A stretch of DNA of 64,000 bases from Octopus bimaculoides. Lineage: Eukaryota. The stretch is from NCBI RefSeq assembly GCF_001194135.2, contig NC_069008.1, positions 9,544,166 through 9,608,165 on the forward strand. The letters are read 5' to 3'. This document shows, piece after piece, positions 49,979 to 62,599 of the stretch (within the stretch, counting starts at the first letter, position 1; every line of letters starts with the position of its first letter). The translations under genes were made by a program, and so were the position numbers. The notes below the pieces were generated by a model that saw only the letters and a program-made list of their open reading frames with translations, searched no databases and had not been told where the DNA came from.

Positions 49979-50790
49979 TGTGCATGAAATTGGTCCCAGA
50001 CAAGAAGGGATGGTATTTTGCATAAAGCACCAGGAGACCTTGACCATAACTTTATGCCATTTTCATCCATCCCTTAGTGTGGACGTGAATAACAACTCCT
50101 GATGGAAAATGGTCCTTTGGAAGTGCTTTTCTTTTAAATATTACAAGTGGTGGTAGTTTCGTGCCATCTGCACAAGTCAATACTATGGTGTAGTGTGTTT
50201 TTTCATGTCCTGTTGTTTTAATAGTAACTGTTTTGCATCTACAGTCTTGTTTAAGGGAACATCAAATATCAGTGGCACCTTTTGTAATATGACAGAGTTC
50301 ATAGTTGCTGTGTTGTCTTGTACATATCACAAATCGGTGAAATTCCAGTATCTTGTTTTCATATTCTTCTGGCATTTTCTGCCCTATTCTTGTTTTTGCA
50401 TGCATAGCCAATCTGTTTCTTTTCATGAAAGGAAAACACCAACTTGCTCAGCTGAAATAATAATGACCTGTTGCAGCTGCCATAACTTTAGCTTGAAAAA
50501 TTATGGCTTTAGTTGACACAACTATATCATTGGTGCGGTTATCTGCAACCCAGGTTTTCAACTCATTTTCAAGTTCAGGCCATTGTGCATTTGCTTTTTG
50601 CAGGTTATGCTTCCATTTTTCAGCCTGCTGTAGTTCATCATCCTGTTTTCTCCACATCTGTACCATTTTCTCTGTTGGAAGAGGTCCAAAATGTCTAGCA
50701 GCCACTCTGTCGCTGTGTTGCTTGGCATATGCTATCACTTGCAATTTGTAGCTGATAGTGCAAATTTCCCTTTTCTGTGACTCCATTCTA
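49979..50790 (-). mobile_element. pogo-family (POGK-like) transposase remnant
   Basis: YKLQVIAYAKQH...AARHFG (Brinker-like DNA-binding domain), WPELENELKTWV (CENP-B HTH), KTTGHEKTHYTIVL...ADGTKLPPLVIFKRK and GWMDENG...LLVWDQFHAH (DDE_1). Truncated by the Gypsy LTR. Confidence 0.88.
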
Positions 50791-51044
50791 TAAGAGAATT
50801 TATATTCTAAAAATTTTTTAAGTGAATATTAGTAACATAAAATGGAGCAAAACGTATAGTTATACACTATTACTTTACAGTAATCAATAAATATGTTTGT
50901 TCACTTCACTGAATGATAACATTTGCCCCACTATATGTTACTGATATTTACTGTAATTCTGATTGAACAGATAGGGAATAGCAATGTGCTATCCTGAGGA
51001 GGTGATGGTGATGTCACTGGTTTTAGCTGGCTGCTAAAATTTAC

Positions 51045-54000
51045 AAAAAATTTCATGGTGTGATGTCTTGGGTTCATCCTATCCTTGTTGATTCTGTAAA
51101 TTCAGGTAATGGCCACCAGGTTGTAACAAATTGGGGGCTCCTCCAAAATTCAAACAATTTTACACACCAATTTTTTTCTTCTAAAAAAAAAGGAAAAAAA
51201 TTTTTGTAAATTGTTAAAGAGCCTTTTGTCAAATATCACCATTGTGATATTATTTAAGCCACAGTAGTCATGGAGTGCACCATGGCAGAAGCCTTACTGC
51301 AGAAAGAGACCATCACTTTGAGGGAACTGCAGCAGTTAAAGAAAGATGTGCTTCGAGAGGTGAGTGCTAAACTTGGTTTATTGGTATCTGCAAGTAATCT
51401 TAAAAATGTAATTTTTTCGCATGTGAAACAGGCCCTAATTGTTGAGAGTAAAATGTCTGCCATCTGTGGTGAGACAAGCTTTAATTCAGCCACCCCTCAA
51501 TTATCATCTAGTGAAAGAATGATGGCTTATGAACTTGAAAAGTTAAGACTGCACGTTAGTTTAGAACAAGAAAAACATGCCGCCAGTAGAGAGAAGCAGG
51601 CACATGAACTTCAAGTGTTAGAACTAAAATTAAAAGCAAATCAAATTGATGTTGCTACTCCATCTAAACGCTTTAACATTGCTAGCGCTAGTAAATTTGT
51701 TCCTAGATAGTGATTTGGATAATTATTTCTTAGCTTTTGAGAAAACAGCTGAGTTATTGAAATGGCTTAAAACTAAGTGATCAATACTACCCCAAACTCA
51801 ACTTACTGGGAAAAGTTTAGAGGTCTATTCTGCTATGAGTGTAGCTGATTGCAAAGAGTATGACTTAGAGAAACAGAAGATATTAGATTGTCATGAACAA
51901 GTAGCTGAAGTGTACTGGCAACAGTATAGAAAAGCTTGGGAAAATTCCTCTGACTCTTACATAGAATTTGCTAGGGGAAAAAAAAAAGCCATGTGGGGTA
52001 AGTGGCTTAGGTCTAAAAAAGTTGATACTTTTGGTCAGTTGGAAGAGTTGACGTTGATGTTCCTGAATAAGTCTCCCTATGATGTTAGAATTTTCGTAGC
52101 TGAAAGGCAGGTTAATACTTTGGCTGAAGCAGCAAAACTTGCCGATGAGTATGCATTGATTCACAGCAAGCGTCAACTAAAGAATGACAATGAAAAACAG
52201 TTTATCAAGTCAGAAAACAGAAGTAGATCAGAAGCAGCAGAAGGATCAGTATAGTACCTTTTCTAAATCCTGCCAATTGCTGATTGTAGAAAGTTAAAGG
52301 CTAAGGAGGCAGCTCAAGCAGGTCAGTCCAGGGATCGAGCTGTTTCTGAAGCAGCTTTTAAGTGTTGTGATTTGTCAAATGTTGTAGGTTCTGTAGAGGT
52401 AGGTGTGTCATCAGGTTTCAAGTGTTTTTCGGACACAGGGGTTTTGTATAAGATTAAGTTGGACCCAGATTTGGGTGTTTCTGATGCTACTGATGCAGAT
52501 TAAGTTATGACTTCAGTTGCAGATAATTCTAGTATTGATGTTACTTCTGACAGTTTGTCTACTCCTAAGTCTGTTGCACATTTTAGAGATACTGGTGCAG
52601 AACAAACTCTCTTGAAGCATGATGCTATACCTATCAGCATGCTGACATCTTTAGGAAAGGAAGTATTAATTAAAGGTGTTACTGCAGGATATGATTCCAT
52701 TCCTTTGTGTCAAGTTCACTTAGATTGTAAATATGTAGTAGATCCAGTTACTGTTGGATTAGTTACTACTTTACCTATTGATGGTGTGGATCTTTTGCTA
52801 GGCAATGATATTGTAGGTGATAAAGTTTATGTAGTCTAAACCTGAGACTGATCACAAGACAGAAACGTTAGAGACGTTGCATCCTGTAATATTTCCTGAA
52901 TGTGCAGTGACTGGGTCCCATACCAAGGCTATGAATAGTGAGGCTAGTGTTAGTTGCCGTGTTGTCTTGTACATATGACAAAGTTCCGCAGATTGATGAT
53001 TTAGTGGATAGAGTTAGCAACTCAGTCTATTTAACCAAATTAGATTTGAGAAAAGGCTATTATCAAATTTCTTTAACCGAGTGTACTAAATCTCTCATGG
53101 CTTTCATCACACCGTTTGGCCTATTTCAGTTCAGAGTCATGCCCTTCGGGTTACAGAATGCCCCCGTGACTTTCCAGAGACTCATGTCCTTAGTAACAGA
53201 AGGAACGAGCAATTGCGCATGTTATCTTGATGACATGCCTATATGACATAGATTGGGAAAGTCACTGTAGAAATTTGAGAGAAATTTTCGCTAGATTGAA
53301 GGCTGCTGGGTTAACTGTCAAATTGCCAAAATGCGAGTTTGGTAAAGCCCAGATTACTTATCTAGGGTATACAGTAGGACAGGGTAAAGTCGTACTGAAG
53401 AAGCCATATCAGATTTTCCGTGATCCACGACAAAACATCAGATCAAACGATTTTTGGGAATTTTTACTGTAAGTTCGTGCAAAATTTTTCTACTATTGTG
53501 GAACCGTTGACAAATTTGTTGAAAAAGACCCAACCCATGAAGTGGTCATCAGAGTGTGTAACAGCTTTTGAGAAACTTAAGTTGGTTTTACAAAATTCCC
53601 CAGTTTTAAAAGTGCCTGATTTTGAGAGAGCGTCTGAAGTAGGTACTGGCATTGTTTTTTTACAAGTATGCCAATCTGGAGTAGATTGTCCAGTGGCATA
53701 CTTTTCTAGGAAGTTTAATTCTTGTCAGAAGATTTACTCTACCATTGAGAAAGAGTGTTTAGCTCTTGTGTGGGCAGTTCAGCACTTTCAAATCCCACCA
53801 CTGTCTACACAGATCACAATCCCTTACTTTTCATTAATAAGGTGAAAGGCACTAATCAGAGGATTCTGAGGTGGAGCTTGTACCTACAACAATTTAGTTT
53901 GAATATTTGTCATATTCCAGGAAATGCTAATTTACTTGCAGATGCACTATCCAGGTGTTAGCACTTACCATGTACATATTTTATGTACAAGTATATAATT

Positions 54001-54885
54001 TGACTTCTACATTTTCTGGATGATATTGTATCTTTCTGAAAATTGCTTATTGTGTATAAAAATTTTCCCTTTTAAGGGGAATGGAATGTTAGGAAATTTT
54101 AAATTATAATGTTAAGTTAAACAGGTAAACAGTTTTTCATGCTGCACTGTAAGGTCAGGATGAAGTCCATTGTCAAAATGGGGGAAGCCAGGTGTTATTA
54201 GCCAAAACTGTGAAACTATAACAAATTAGCTAGACCTTGGCAAACCTTAATAAGCAAAGATAATTGTACCCCCCAGTTTTTTTCTGTGAGACAAATTGGA
54301 TTCTGGAAACTATGATTGTCTGTTTTGTTTATGCACATTGTGCTTTGTGTTTGGCATTTAAGGATTTATTTTAAGCTTCAAGAAATTCGCCAGAACTCTT
54401 GTCAGATTTAAAATAATTTCTGTGTCACATCTGGGTCCAAGGTTCAAAATCCAAGGTCCGAAAACCAAATTTGTACTAAAATGGAAATCCAGATTTTATG
54501 AAATCCAAATTTTTGGAATCCATCTTTTTGAAAAACCAAATTTGTGAGGCTGGGTTTTGTGTGAGGCCAATTTTGGTGAAACCAAAAATTGTGAATCTAG
54601 AGTTACAGATCCAAGTTTGTGAAATCAAGTTGGTAACGCCAGGATTCTCAGTTCGAATTTCTGAACTGTATTTATATGTTATCTTTGTAAATATTTTGAC
54701 TGCATGTATTGTGTGACATTGGTCTTTTGTTTGTGTATATATTTGTTTTTGTATGTAGACTGTTTTCTCCATGCTGATAACTGTTAATAATATTTTAGAA
54801 AAAATTTCATGGTGTGTTGTTGTTTTCGGTTCATCCTATCCTTGTTGATTCTGTAAATTTGGGTTATGGCCACCAGGTCGTAACA
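51045..54885 (+). mobile_element. Ty3/Gypsy LTR retrotransposon with Gmr1-like architecture, decayed
   Basis: 5' LTR remnant 51045-51128 (...GTAACA) and PBS TGGGGGCTCCTCC (tRNA-Pro type) at 51132. Gag ELEKLRL...FNIASASKFVP; protease RDTGAEQTLL...GVDLLLGND; RT KLDLRKGYYQI, MPFGLQNAP and YLDD; RNase H ending HIPGNANLLADALSRC*. PPT ~54074-54086, then the 3' LTR. Confidence 0.92.
54087..54885 (+). repeat. 3' LTR (799 bp)
   Basis: TGTTA...TAACA termini after a purine tract. The last ~87 bp match 51045-51128. Confidence 0.85.
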
Positions 54886-55897
54886 ATACATACAGACAGA
54901 CAAATATATGAATGTATGGAATTACAAATGGAACAGTATACAATATCTGGAATTATTTTTCTCTTCTCAACAAGAAAAAAGAAACAACAAAATCTTTATG
55001 AAAAAGAAATATTTGAAAATTTAATACAGATGATTTAAAAAATGCATATATGAATATATACATATATATATATTTATACATACACACACACACACACACA
55101 CACATAAATAATGTAAGATATTTACAGTCTAAGAGGTCAGTTCAAGATGACTCTGTTAATGATTACATCATAGAGCACCTGTCATTCCCTCTGCCCAAAT
55201 TAAGCCAAAATAGGTGTAGGTAAGTAGGCGCATGCACGTGTGTGTATCTGTGAGCATGTATTAGCTGATTTCAGTGAAATACAACACTAGAACAATCAAT
55301 GGAGTCATGACTATAACTACATAAAATGTTCTTCAGACAAAGAAAACATTATTGGCTGTAGTCCTGGCTTCACTGACTGACATTTGGTTTGTAGCTAGAT
55401 ACTAAGAAATTCGAAGTCATTCAATATGTTTATATATATATATATNNNNNNNNNNNNNNNNNNNNNNNNNNNNNNNNNNNNNNNNNNNNNNNNNNNNNNN
55501 NNNNNNNNNNNNNNNNNNNNNNNNNNNNNNNNNNNNNNNNNNNNNNNNNNNNNNNNNNNNNNNNNNNNNNNNNNNNNNNNNNNNNNNNNNNNNNNNNNNN
55601 NNNNNNNNNNNNNNNNNNNNNNNNNNNNNNNNNNNNNNNNNNNNNNNNNNNNNNNNNNNNNNNNNNNNNNNNNNNNNNNNNNNNNNNNNNNNNNNNNNNN
55701 NNNNNNNNNNNNNNNNNNNNNNNNNNNNNNNNNNNNNNNNNNNNNNNNNNNNNNNNNNNNNNNNNNNNNNNNNNNNNNNNNNNNNNNNNNNNNNNNNNNN
55801 NNNNNNNNNNNNNNNNNNNNNNNNNNNNNNNNNNNNNNNNNNNNNNNNNNNNNNNNNNNNNNNNNNNNNNNNNNNNNNNNNNNNNNNNNNNNNNNNN

Positions 55898-55940
<43 letters not shown>

Positions 55941-57249
55941 ATTAACATTCAGTGATGTTTCTGCTTGCAACTGCTAAAACAAAAGCAGTGACATTATGCT
56001 GGCAACTCCCAGTCAACAAATCATCCTTGTTAGCATAATGTACTTCAAAGACAAGCAGAATAAAAATCTCTAAGTTGAAAAAAGGTAAGAGTCAGCGACA
56101 GGAAGAGCAGCAGGGTGGAAAATAACGCTTCAATAATAAGCCTTTGTCTAACCTATGCTAAAGGGGAGGGGAAACCAAACATTAAATCTGTGAACAAATA
56201 TATATATGTTTGTGTGTGTGTAGTTATATCTATGTATATGTGTATACAAATATATGTACTTGTGTGAGTGTACACACACACACATATATACATGTGTGTA
56301 CATATATAAACAAATAGATACCCATACAGGTAAATACATATATACAAATATATCTATTTACATAATATATATAGATATACATGAACATATATACATTGAT
56401 CCATACATATACACACATACATACATATTTATATATTATACACATGCACACACACGTTCATACACAAGAAATTTTTTAATTTTTTTATTTTGTTACCAAT
56501 CACATAGAACTACATTAAATACTACCAGTATAAAACATGTTGCATCATATGCACCTATGATTACATGCACAGATACAGACACACAAAAATATTCAAATTC
56601 AAATAAATGGTTTAAAAAAAAACAAGTAAACATTTGTAACAATGAAAGAAAATTCTCTTTTAGCTACCACCACGACCACCACCACAGAATCTCAAACTTT
56701 GACATCACCTTCACAATCATCACACACTCAACAGCAGCAGCAATAAATAACATAGTAACACAATTTATTGTTTATTTTGTTTTTTAAATCTAGGTCAAAT
56801 ATGACTTATTTAGTGTAGTGGCAGGCTATGATGGTCAAAGTGGAAGTCTCTTTTTAAAAACTAGGATTGTGATTTAAGGGAAATTTGGCTGCTATTTCAA
56901 GCAAGCTAGAGCGTAATATCTAAAGACATAAATTATTTTGTCTCATAGTGGTGGTGGTCACTTTTTTTTAAGACAAGTTGTGATTCAAGGGCAATTTGGC
57001 TTCTATTTCTAGCAAGCCAAAATGTAGCATAGGGAAGTATGTCCCCCTCCCACTCCCCGTTGACTTATATAGTGTTGAAAGGTGGTGGTGGTGGTAATGG
57101 TGGTGACAGTGGCACCAACTGAAAGGGACAGGTAAAGTGTTCTCAATTTCTATGTGGTTGGGTGATTGAATGGATGGATGGTGATGAGGTGTGGAGCAAG
57201 AAGGAAACAAATGCATGGAAAAAGGGAGGGAGTAACAGGTTACTTTATG

Positions 57250-57720
57250 CTCCACCACCACCACCACCACAGCCAGTCATCATTATCACCATCATTGTTA
57301 ACATCAGTAGTCCTTTATCCTCATCATCACTAACACCATCACCTGTATGAGCAAGCATAGTTGTACATCTTTCATCATTTCCACCACAGTAATGTACCAT
57401 CAACAGTTATCATCATAAACATCATCATCACTACCATCCATCATCCTTAATACTCTATCACCATCATCCCCCACCCCATTATCAATCACCATTAATACTG
57501 TATCATCACCCATCATTACCATCCTTACTATCTATTATCCTTAATGCTGTTATCATCAGTTACCATCATAAATGTCACCATGGTTATTGTCACCAATGCC
57601 ATCACAATCAACACCAACATTATTCTCACCTTCCCAACCACCACCACCACCACCACCATGGTTATCAACAATGACAGTAGTAGTTTTAGTTGTTGCTGCT
57701 GTAATAGTTTTAGCCCAATG
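57250..57720. repeat. Degenerate (CAC/CAT)n low-complexity tract
   Basis: CACCAT/CATCAT-rich sequence. Confidence 0.8.
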
Positions 57721-58369
57721 TCAGCTTTGATTGAGCATATCCATTCATGATTAAAGGTTATAGGCATCCCATTTATTAGTTTCCGGCTATAACCATCCCA
57801 TTTATTTATTTTCTAGGCACAATGTACTGTGGACTGCATTATCCAATTTGTCTTTCATTTTTTTGCTGCTATTTCTAACATGTCGGGTGATCACATAGAG
57901 GCTCCCTCATCACTAGTTAAGACCGGTGGTGACACTGGGAGGTATGGACAGTGACAGCAGTGGTTGTGGTCATGGTGGTGGTGGTTGCAGAGCCAGTAGC
58001 AGTCTAAACCTCTACCACTACTGCCACCATCACTTAAACTACTTCAACAATGATGGTCAGTTGGTCAGACAGACAGTCAGTCATTCTAGTTATTGTTTAA
58101 ACCCTAAGGTCCAACCTATTCAAAGGTATTCCAGTCATGACCATCCCATTTTTTAAAATTCTAGGCATATTGTTTTTATCTTTTAGTATATGGATGGTAC
58201 AGTGTAATATTTACAGGAGAAACAGGGAATTTCACTGTTATTTCTAGCAAGATGAGCAATCACATAGTCGTTCCAGAATAACAGTTCTGTTGTTGATTCC
58301 ATTCAGGAAGTGGATCAATTCATTTGGCCAGAGAATCAGAGTGTCAGTGCAGTGAATCGATTGATCAGC

Positions 58370-58522
58370 TTAATATGGTGTGATCTTGAAGGCACTTATG
58401 TCATTTGGTTTGATGAAGAGGTGAGACTGAGAGAGAGAGGAGTTACTTTCATACAGTAAAGACAGAGATGTGCTGCGAATGTCCTTCAGTTTTATATCTT
58501 TGAATAAAGAGTTCAAGTCCAC
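58370..58522 (-). CDS. MAN2A1: Terminal coding exon of Golgi alpha-mannosidase II (not in the ORF track)
   Basis: Acceptor TTTCTTTTTCTTTTTTGTCACTAG| then VDLNSLFKDIKLKDIRSTSLSLLYESNSSLSQSHLFIKPNDISAFKITPY*. It matches the MAN2A C-terminus (TSLSL, and PNDISAF vs canonical PMEISTF) and is in phase 0 with the previous exon. Confidence 0.88.
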   Translation of the reverse strand: MDLNSLFKDIKLKDIRSTSLSLLYESNSSLSQSHLFIKPNDISAFKITPY

Positions 58523-58940
58523 CTAGTGACAAAAAAGAAAAAGAAACAAATTAACTAATTAGATAATTTCATTTAATTAAAGACAGTTTTATAAAAACAC
58601 AAAAAAAAGCAAGAAAAAAAATCATTCATTAAAAACGATGAGGGATATGCAAGTGAAAATTACCAAAATAATTAATTTTTTTACTTTCAGAGAGGGTAGG
58701 GCAGTAGACATGTGTGTGTGTGTCTGTGAGCACATGAGTGTGTGTTCTCTTCCTTTTTCCCCATCAAGTAACTCTTGATGCAAAGACTGGATTTGAGGGA
58801 GAGCTAACTGATATTTCTAACAGATCAAGTAACGATACAGAGGCTCCGTTGTCTCTGTGTTGTTATAGTAACAGGGTTAGTAGGGCGATGGTGGTAGTGA
58901 TAGTGGCAGGTGTCGCAAAAGGTAACTATAAGATTCTTAC

Positions 58941-59273
58941 CTTTCCATTTCCAATTGTGCAACTGAGTCCCAGGTTGGGGAAATCACAGTCAAATGAGAA
59001 GCGGTGCAAGATGAGTGCAGCACTGTTCTGTGGCACAAATTTTAGGCTGGGGTCATCATCCTTGTTCTGCAATGTGCGTAGGTTCAACAAATGCACATCA
59101 CATGTCAGACCACTGCTACTGCCATCAAGGGTAGAAGAGAAGGAAGGTAACAGCTCAAGATCAATATTACTACTGTCGGGATTCCTTGGTGACACATATA
59201 GTGGGTGGATGAGGTGCAATGAAGTGAGATGGGCCAGCAACGAGAGAGGTTTTACTTGGTTCTTCATTTCAAG
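58941..59273 (-). CDS. MAN2A1: Penultimate coding exon of Golgi alpha-mannosidase II
   Basis: Acceptor TTTTTGCAG| and donor AAG|GTAAGA; 333 nt. LEMKNQVKPLSLLAHLTSLHLIHP...LTCDVHLLNLRTLQ...AALILHRFSFDC...GNGK matches the CDIHLVNLRT / AALILHRKGFDC motifs of MAN2A1. Confidence 0.95.
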
Positions 59274-59959
59274 CTGCAAAAAATATATTTGGGGGAGATA
59301 GTTGAAATATAATGTATGTGATATAGTTTGTTAGAGCTTTATAATTTCAAAGAAAAATTTTAACAATAATTAAAAAGGAATCTGATTTAACAAGTTGCTA
59401 TACTTTCAAAAGCTCTACTTGACTACTAATTAGACCACGTAAGCTGTGCCAAACACTTAATATATTAACATCAATATAGAAGAATGTAATATAGAGATCT
59501 TAAACTCTTCGTGACACATCATTTAACTTCCCCTAGTCATGCAATCCCAAAAATGGCAATGCACCTAAGTGAATAAAAAACAGAAAAGATTAACAATTGT
59601 AATACTCTTGTGATATTCTCTAATATTTAGACTTAAAAACCAAACAAAAAAATGCAATACTATGCACAAATTACTGTGGTTGAGAAGAATTGTACATAAT
59701 GCACAAGAGAGAATACAGTGCTGGCATAGGTAAGTAATGTCTTTGGAAAATTTTAGTCATGCCAAGTGAGCACTCCAAGTGATGGAATTTGTGAAAGGAA
59801 GAGACCAAGGATGACATGGGAAGAAATGGTGAAAGCTTGGAGGAATGGGGAGAAAAAAATGGACAGAAAACTGAGGATGGTGGTGGTAATGGTAGTAGTG
59901 GTAGGATGAATAATACAAACATTTGGGGGGCGGTTGTCTTATACCCATTATATTCTTAT

Positions 59960-61045
59960 AATGTGCGTATATGGCTCTATTACAGACCATTTTGATAACC
60001 TTATTATCATGGCTGATGACTTTAATGGATATGTTAGGCTACACACAGATACCTACTTGTGCATACATGGAAGCTATAGATACAGTAAAAGGAATGAAGG
60101 CTTAGTATTTTGAAGCACAAATGACCAAGACATTTGCAATGTTATCTTCCAGAAAAAAAACTAGTCAGTCACATGACCATCTGCTGCTCATGTAAACATG
60201 TATGCCAAAAAAATTGCATACTCACTAGGAAACAGGATGGCCAGCTAATTATGAAAGCTAAGTTTTTCACCAGTGAAGAATGTAGCATTCAACATAGTTT
60301 GATGATTAGTAACTTCAAAAACAAGAATTAGACAAACTCAGAGATGAGACAATCAGGAGAAAGGTGTGGAAACTGAAAGATCTCTATTAAACACTGATTC
60401 AAAGAGGTTTCAGATGAGGAATATGTTGAGAAGGAAAAATGACATAAGACAAAAAGTATAAATATACAAGACAGCCTGCTACAGCAAAGTTTCAACCAAA
60501 CATGATGATATGATGGGGGAATGGTACAATAGACAGACCCATCAAAGCTATATGACTGGTAAGATGAGAGTAGGGAAGAACATCAAGAAACTAGATGAGA
60601 AGCTAGACAACAGGTATACAAAGCAAAGAAAGAAGCAGAAAATAAGAGGTTTGTCAATGTACTCAGACAAGAGAGGTAAAGTGTTTTAAATTGCAAAGCA
60701 GTGTATCAGTATGTGAATCAAGACATCATTCAGGAAAAGTACATCTGGAGTGACAATGGTACACTCTCCATTACCATACTGAAAAGAAATTCTTGGAAAT
60801 GCTGCTATAGAGAATATAGAGAATGTGTGGGGAACAGAAGCCTTCTCTATATAAAGCCAACATAAGGATGAGTTAAGAAGATGACACCTGTACAGTCAAA
60901 GTGATTGAAAAACATTAAAGGAGGGAAAGCAGGTGGCCTGTCAAGGATAGTCAATGAAGTGTTGAAAATCAAAGTAGGAGTAGTGCTATTCACTTGTATA
61001 GTCAGCCATGTAGTACAAAGAAGTGACATGCCCTCATTCATTTGT
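59960..61045 (+). mobile_element. Highly decayed RTE LINE filling most of the MAN2A intron 59274-61107
   Basis: ADDFNGYV-like and RKVWKLKD-like remnants and KAGGLSRIVNEVLKI...CIVSHVV, paralleling 38040-39400. Confidence 0.7.
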
Positions 61046-61107
61046 CAGAATATTCAAACTCAACACAGAATTATTCACAGAAAGAAATTAATATTAAATA
61101 TACTCAC

Positions 61108-62155
61108 AAGAGGGGAAATCTTTCTTATTTCAAGAAGAAGCCGGAATTTGTTAGGGGTCTGTTTGTTATCAAGCACACCCTGGCCCAGACCTCGGCTATC
61201 ATCTTGGTTGAGGCGACGGTCCAACATCACTTCCATCTCACCAGGCTTCAGATAGGCAGCTCCAAGTGACTGACCAGATAGGATGTTTAATCGTTTCTGA
61301 GAATTCTCCACAAACATAGCAGTTGGCATGGGATAGTAGTTGGCCTGCAAAGGCAACTTGCTGTATGTTTTACGCCGGTGCATCTGGAAACCATTTAGGT
61401 CAGTGTGGAAAGAGTTGTCCTCACTCTTAATATCACTACACACCCTCATGGCTATCTCAAAGTTCAGTTTGTCTCTAATGTCCACTATATTGTAGATGTC
61501 CAGTGACAAACTATCTGCACCTGGTGAATTATATAACCTCACAACATGCTCTACATTTTCCACAAAGACACTCACTTCAGATACAACAGTGCCTTGAATG
61601 ACACGAATGAATGGGTCGACAATTGTTACTTCCCGACCTTCACCATCTGGCAGGAATAGATAAGCACCACTCTTTTCAGAAGATTTTCGAGTGCCATATG
61701 TTACAAATTTGATGCTGACTGGGTGTGTAATACCCTCTGCTTTAAATGTGATGTTTTGTAACAGCCCTGTTGCCTGGCTGAAGCCAGCCTTCATGTAATA
61801 GTTCTCAAGACTGAAGGGCTTTGATGGGGACTTCTTTATTGTGAACACTGAACTGGAATGTTCCATGTTCATGTTTGAGTTGTAAAATGTTATCTCCGAT
61901 GGCACAGCTTTTTTTGTGGACAGTTTGTGTGTTTTTTCGATTGTGTATTGGCAAATGCCCAATGCTTGGATGGCCATCACAAATGACACCTTGTAGACGT
62001 CTGTGGAGACAGAATCCCGGTCAGTCCAGAACAAGTCAATCTGTGAAGGAATGATCTTTCCCCTAGGATCTCTGACAATAACAAATGGGGAGTCGACATA
62101 GACACTGACTACAGTCTCTCGCTTATGTGCCAATGAGTTGTAAAATATAACAGAC
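61108..62155 (-). CDS. MAN2A1: 1048-nt internal exon of Golgi alpha-mannosidase II (GH38 C-terminal region)
   Basis: Acceptor TTTTATTGTAATTTTCTAG|G and donor CTT|GTGAGT; open throughout. Motifs SVIFYNSLAHKRETVVSVYV, SGAYLFLPDG, FHTDLNGFQM, KLPLQANYYPMP and EVMLDRRLNQDDSRGLGQGVLDN are characteristic of MAN2A. Confidence 0.97.
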
Positions 62156-62246
62156 CTAGAAAATTACAATAAAATATAATTAAATTAATAAGAATGTTGT
62201 AGTTTGCTTCAAGCATTGTAGAAGAAGGAAAAGTGTAAAGGCCCAT

Positions 62247-62325
62247 CCTCAGAAAGAAACAGTCTAGGAAATGTCCAGTCACACCAGATATAACTGGACA
62301 TTTCCCAGACTGTTTCCTTCTGAGG
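62247..62325 (-). ncRNA. Candidate intronic hairpin RNA (33-bp stem, 13-nt loop); pre-miRNA-like or palindromic repeat
   Basis: 62247-62279 pairs with 62293-62325. The two + strand A-C mismatches are G-U pairs on the - strand transcript. The hairpin is certain; the RNA function is not. Confidence 0.3.
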
Positions 62326-62599
62326 CTGGACTTTTGTGTCTTAAATATAAAGGATTTTGTAAAACTTTTGGCATTGTTAGAAGCTTTATTTTCCCTTTTC
62401 TTTTCCTTCTTCCATAATTAAACTATTGTAATCATAATATATAAAGAAAAAAAAGAGAAAGAAAAACAATGCAAAATATGGCATATTCCTAGGGCAAGCT
62501 GTGTAGTGGAAGCAATATTGTAACAATAATATTACTGAACTAATGAGAATTGTTTCTAATTTAGGTAATAAGGCAATTTGGGGAAAAGGATGTTTGTCA

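Noticed and set aside
56968-58156. His/Thr/Val-rich short ORFs
   Set aside because: They arise from degenerate (CAC/CAT/GGT)n tracts in the presumed 3' UTR or downstream region of the - gene.
58738-59301. 187-aa + strand ORF
   Set aside because: It is the antisense shadow of the MAN2A exon 58941-59273, with no independent protein features.
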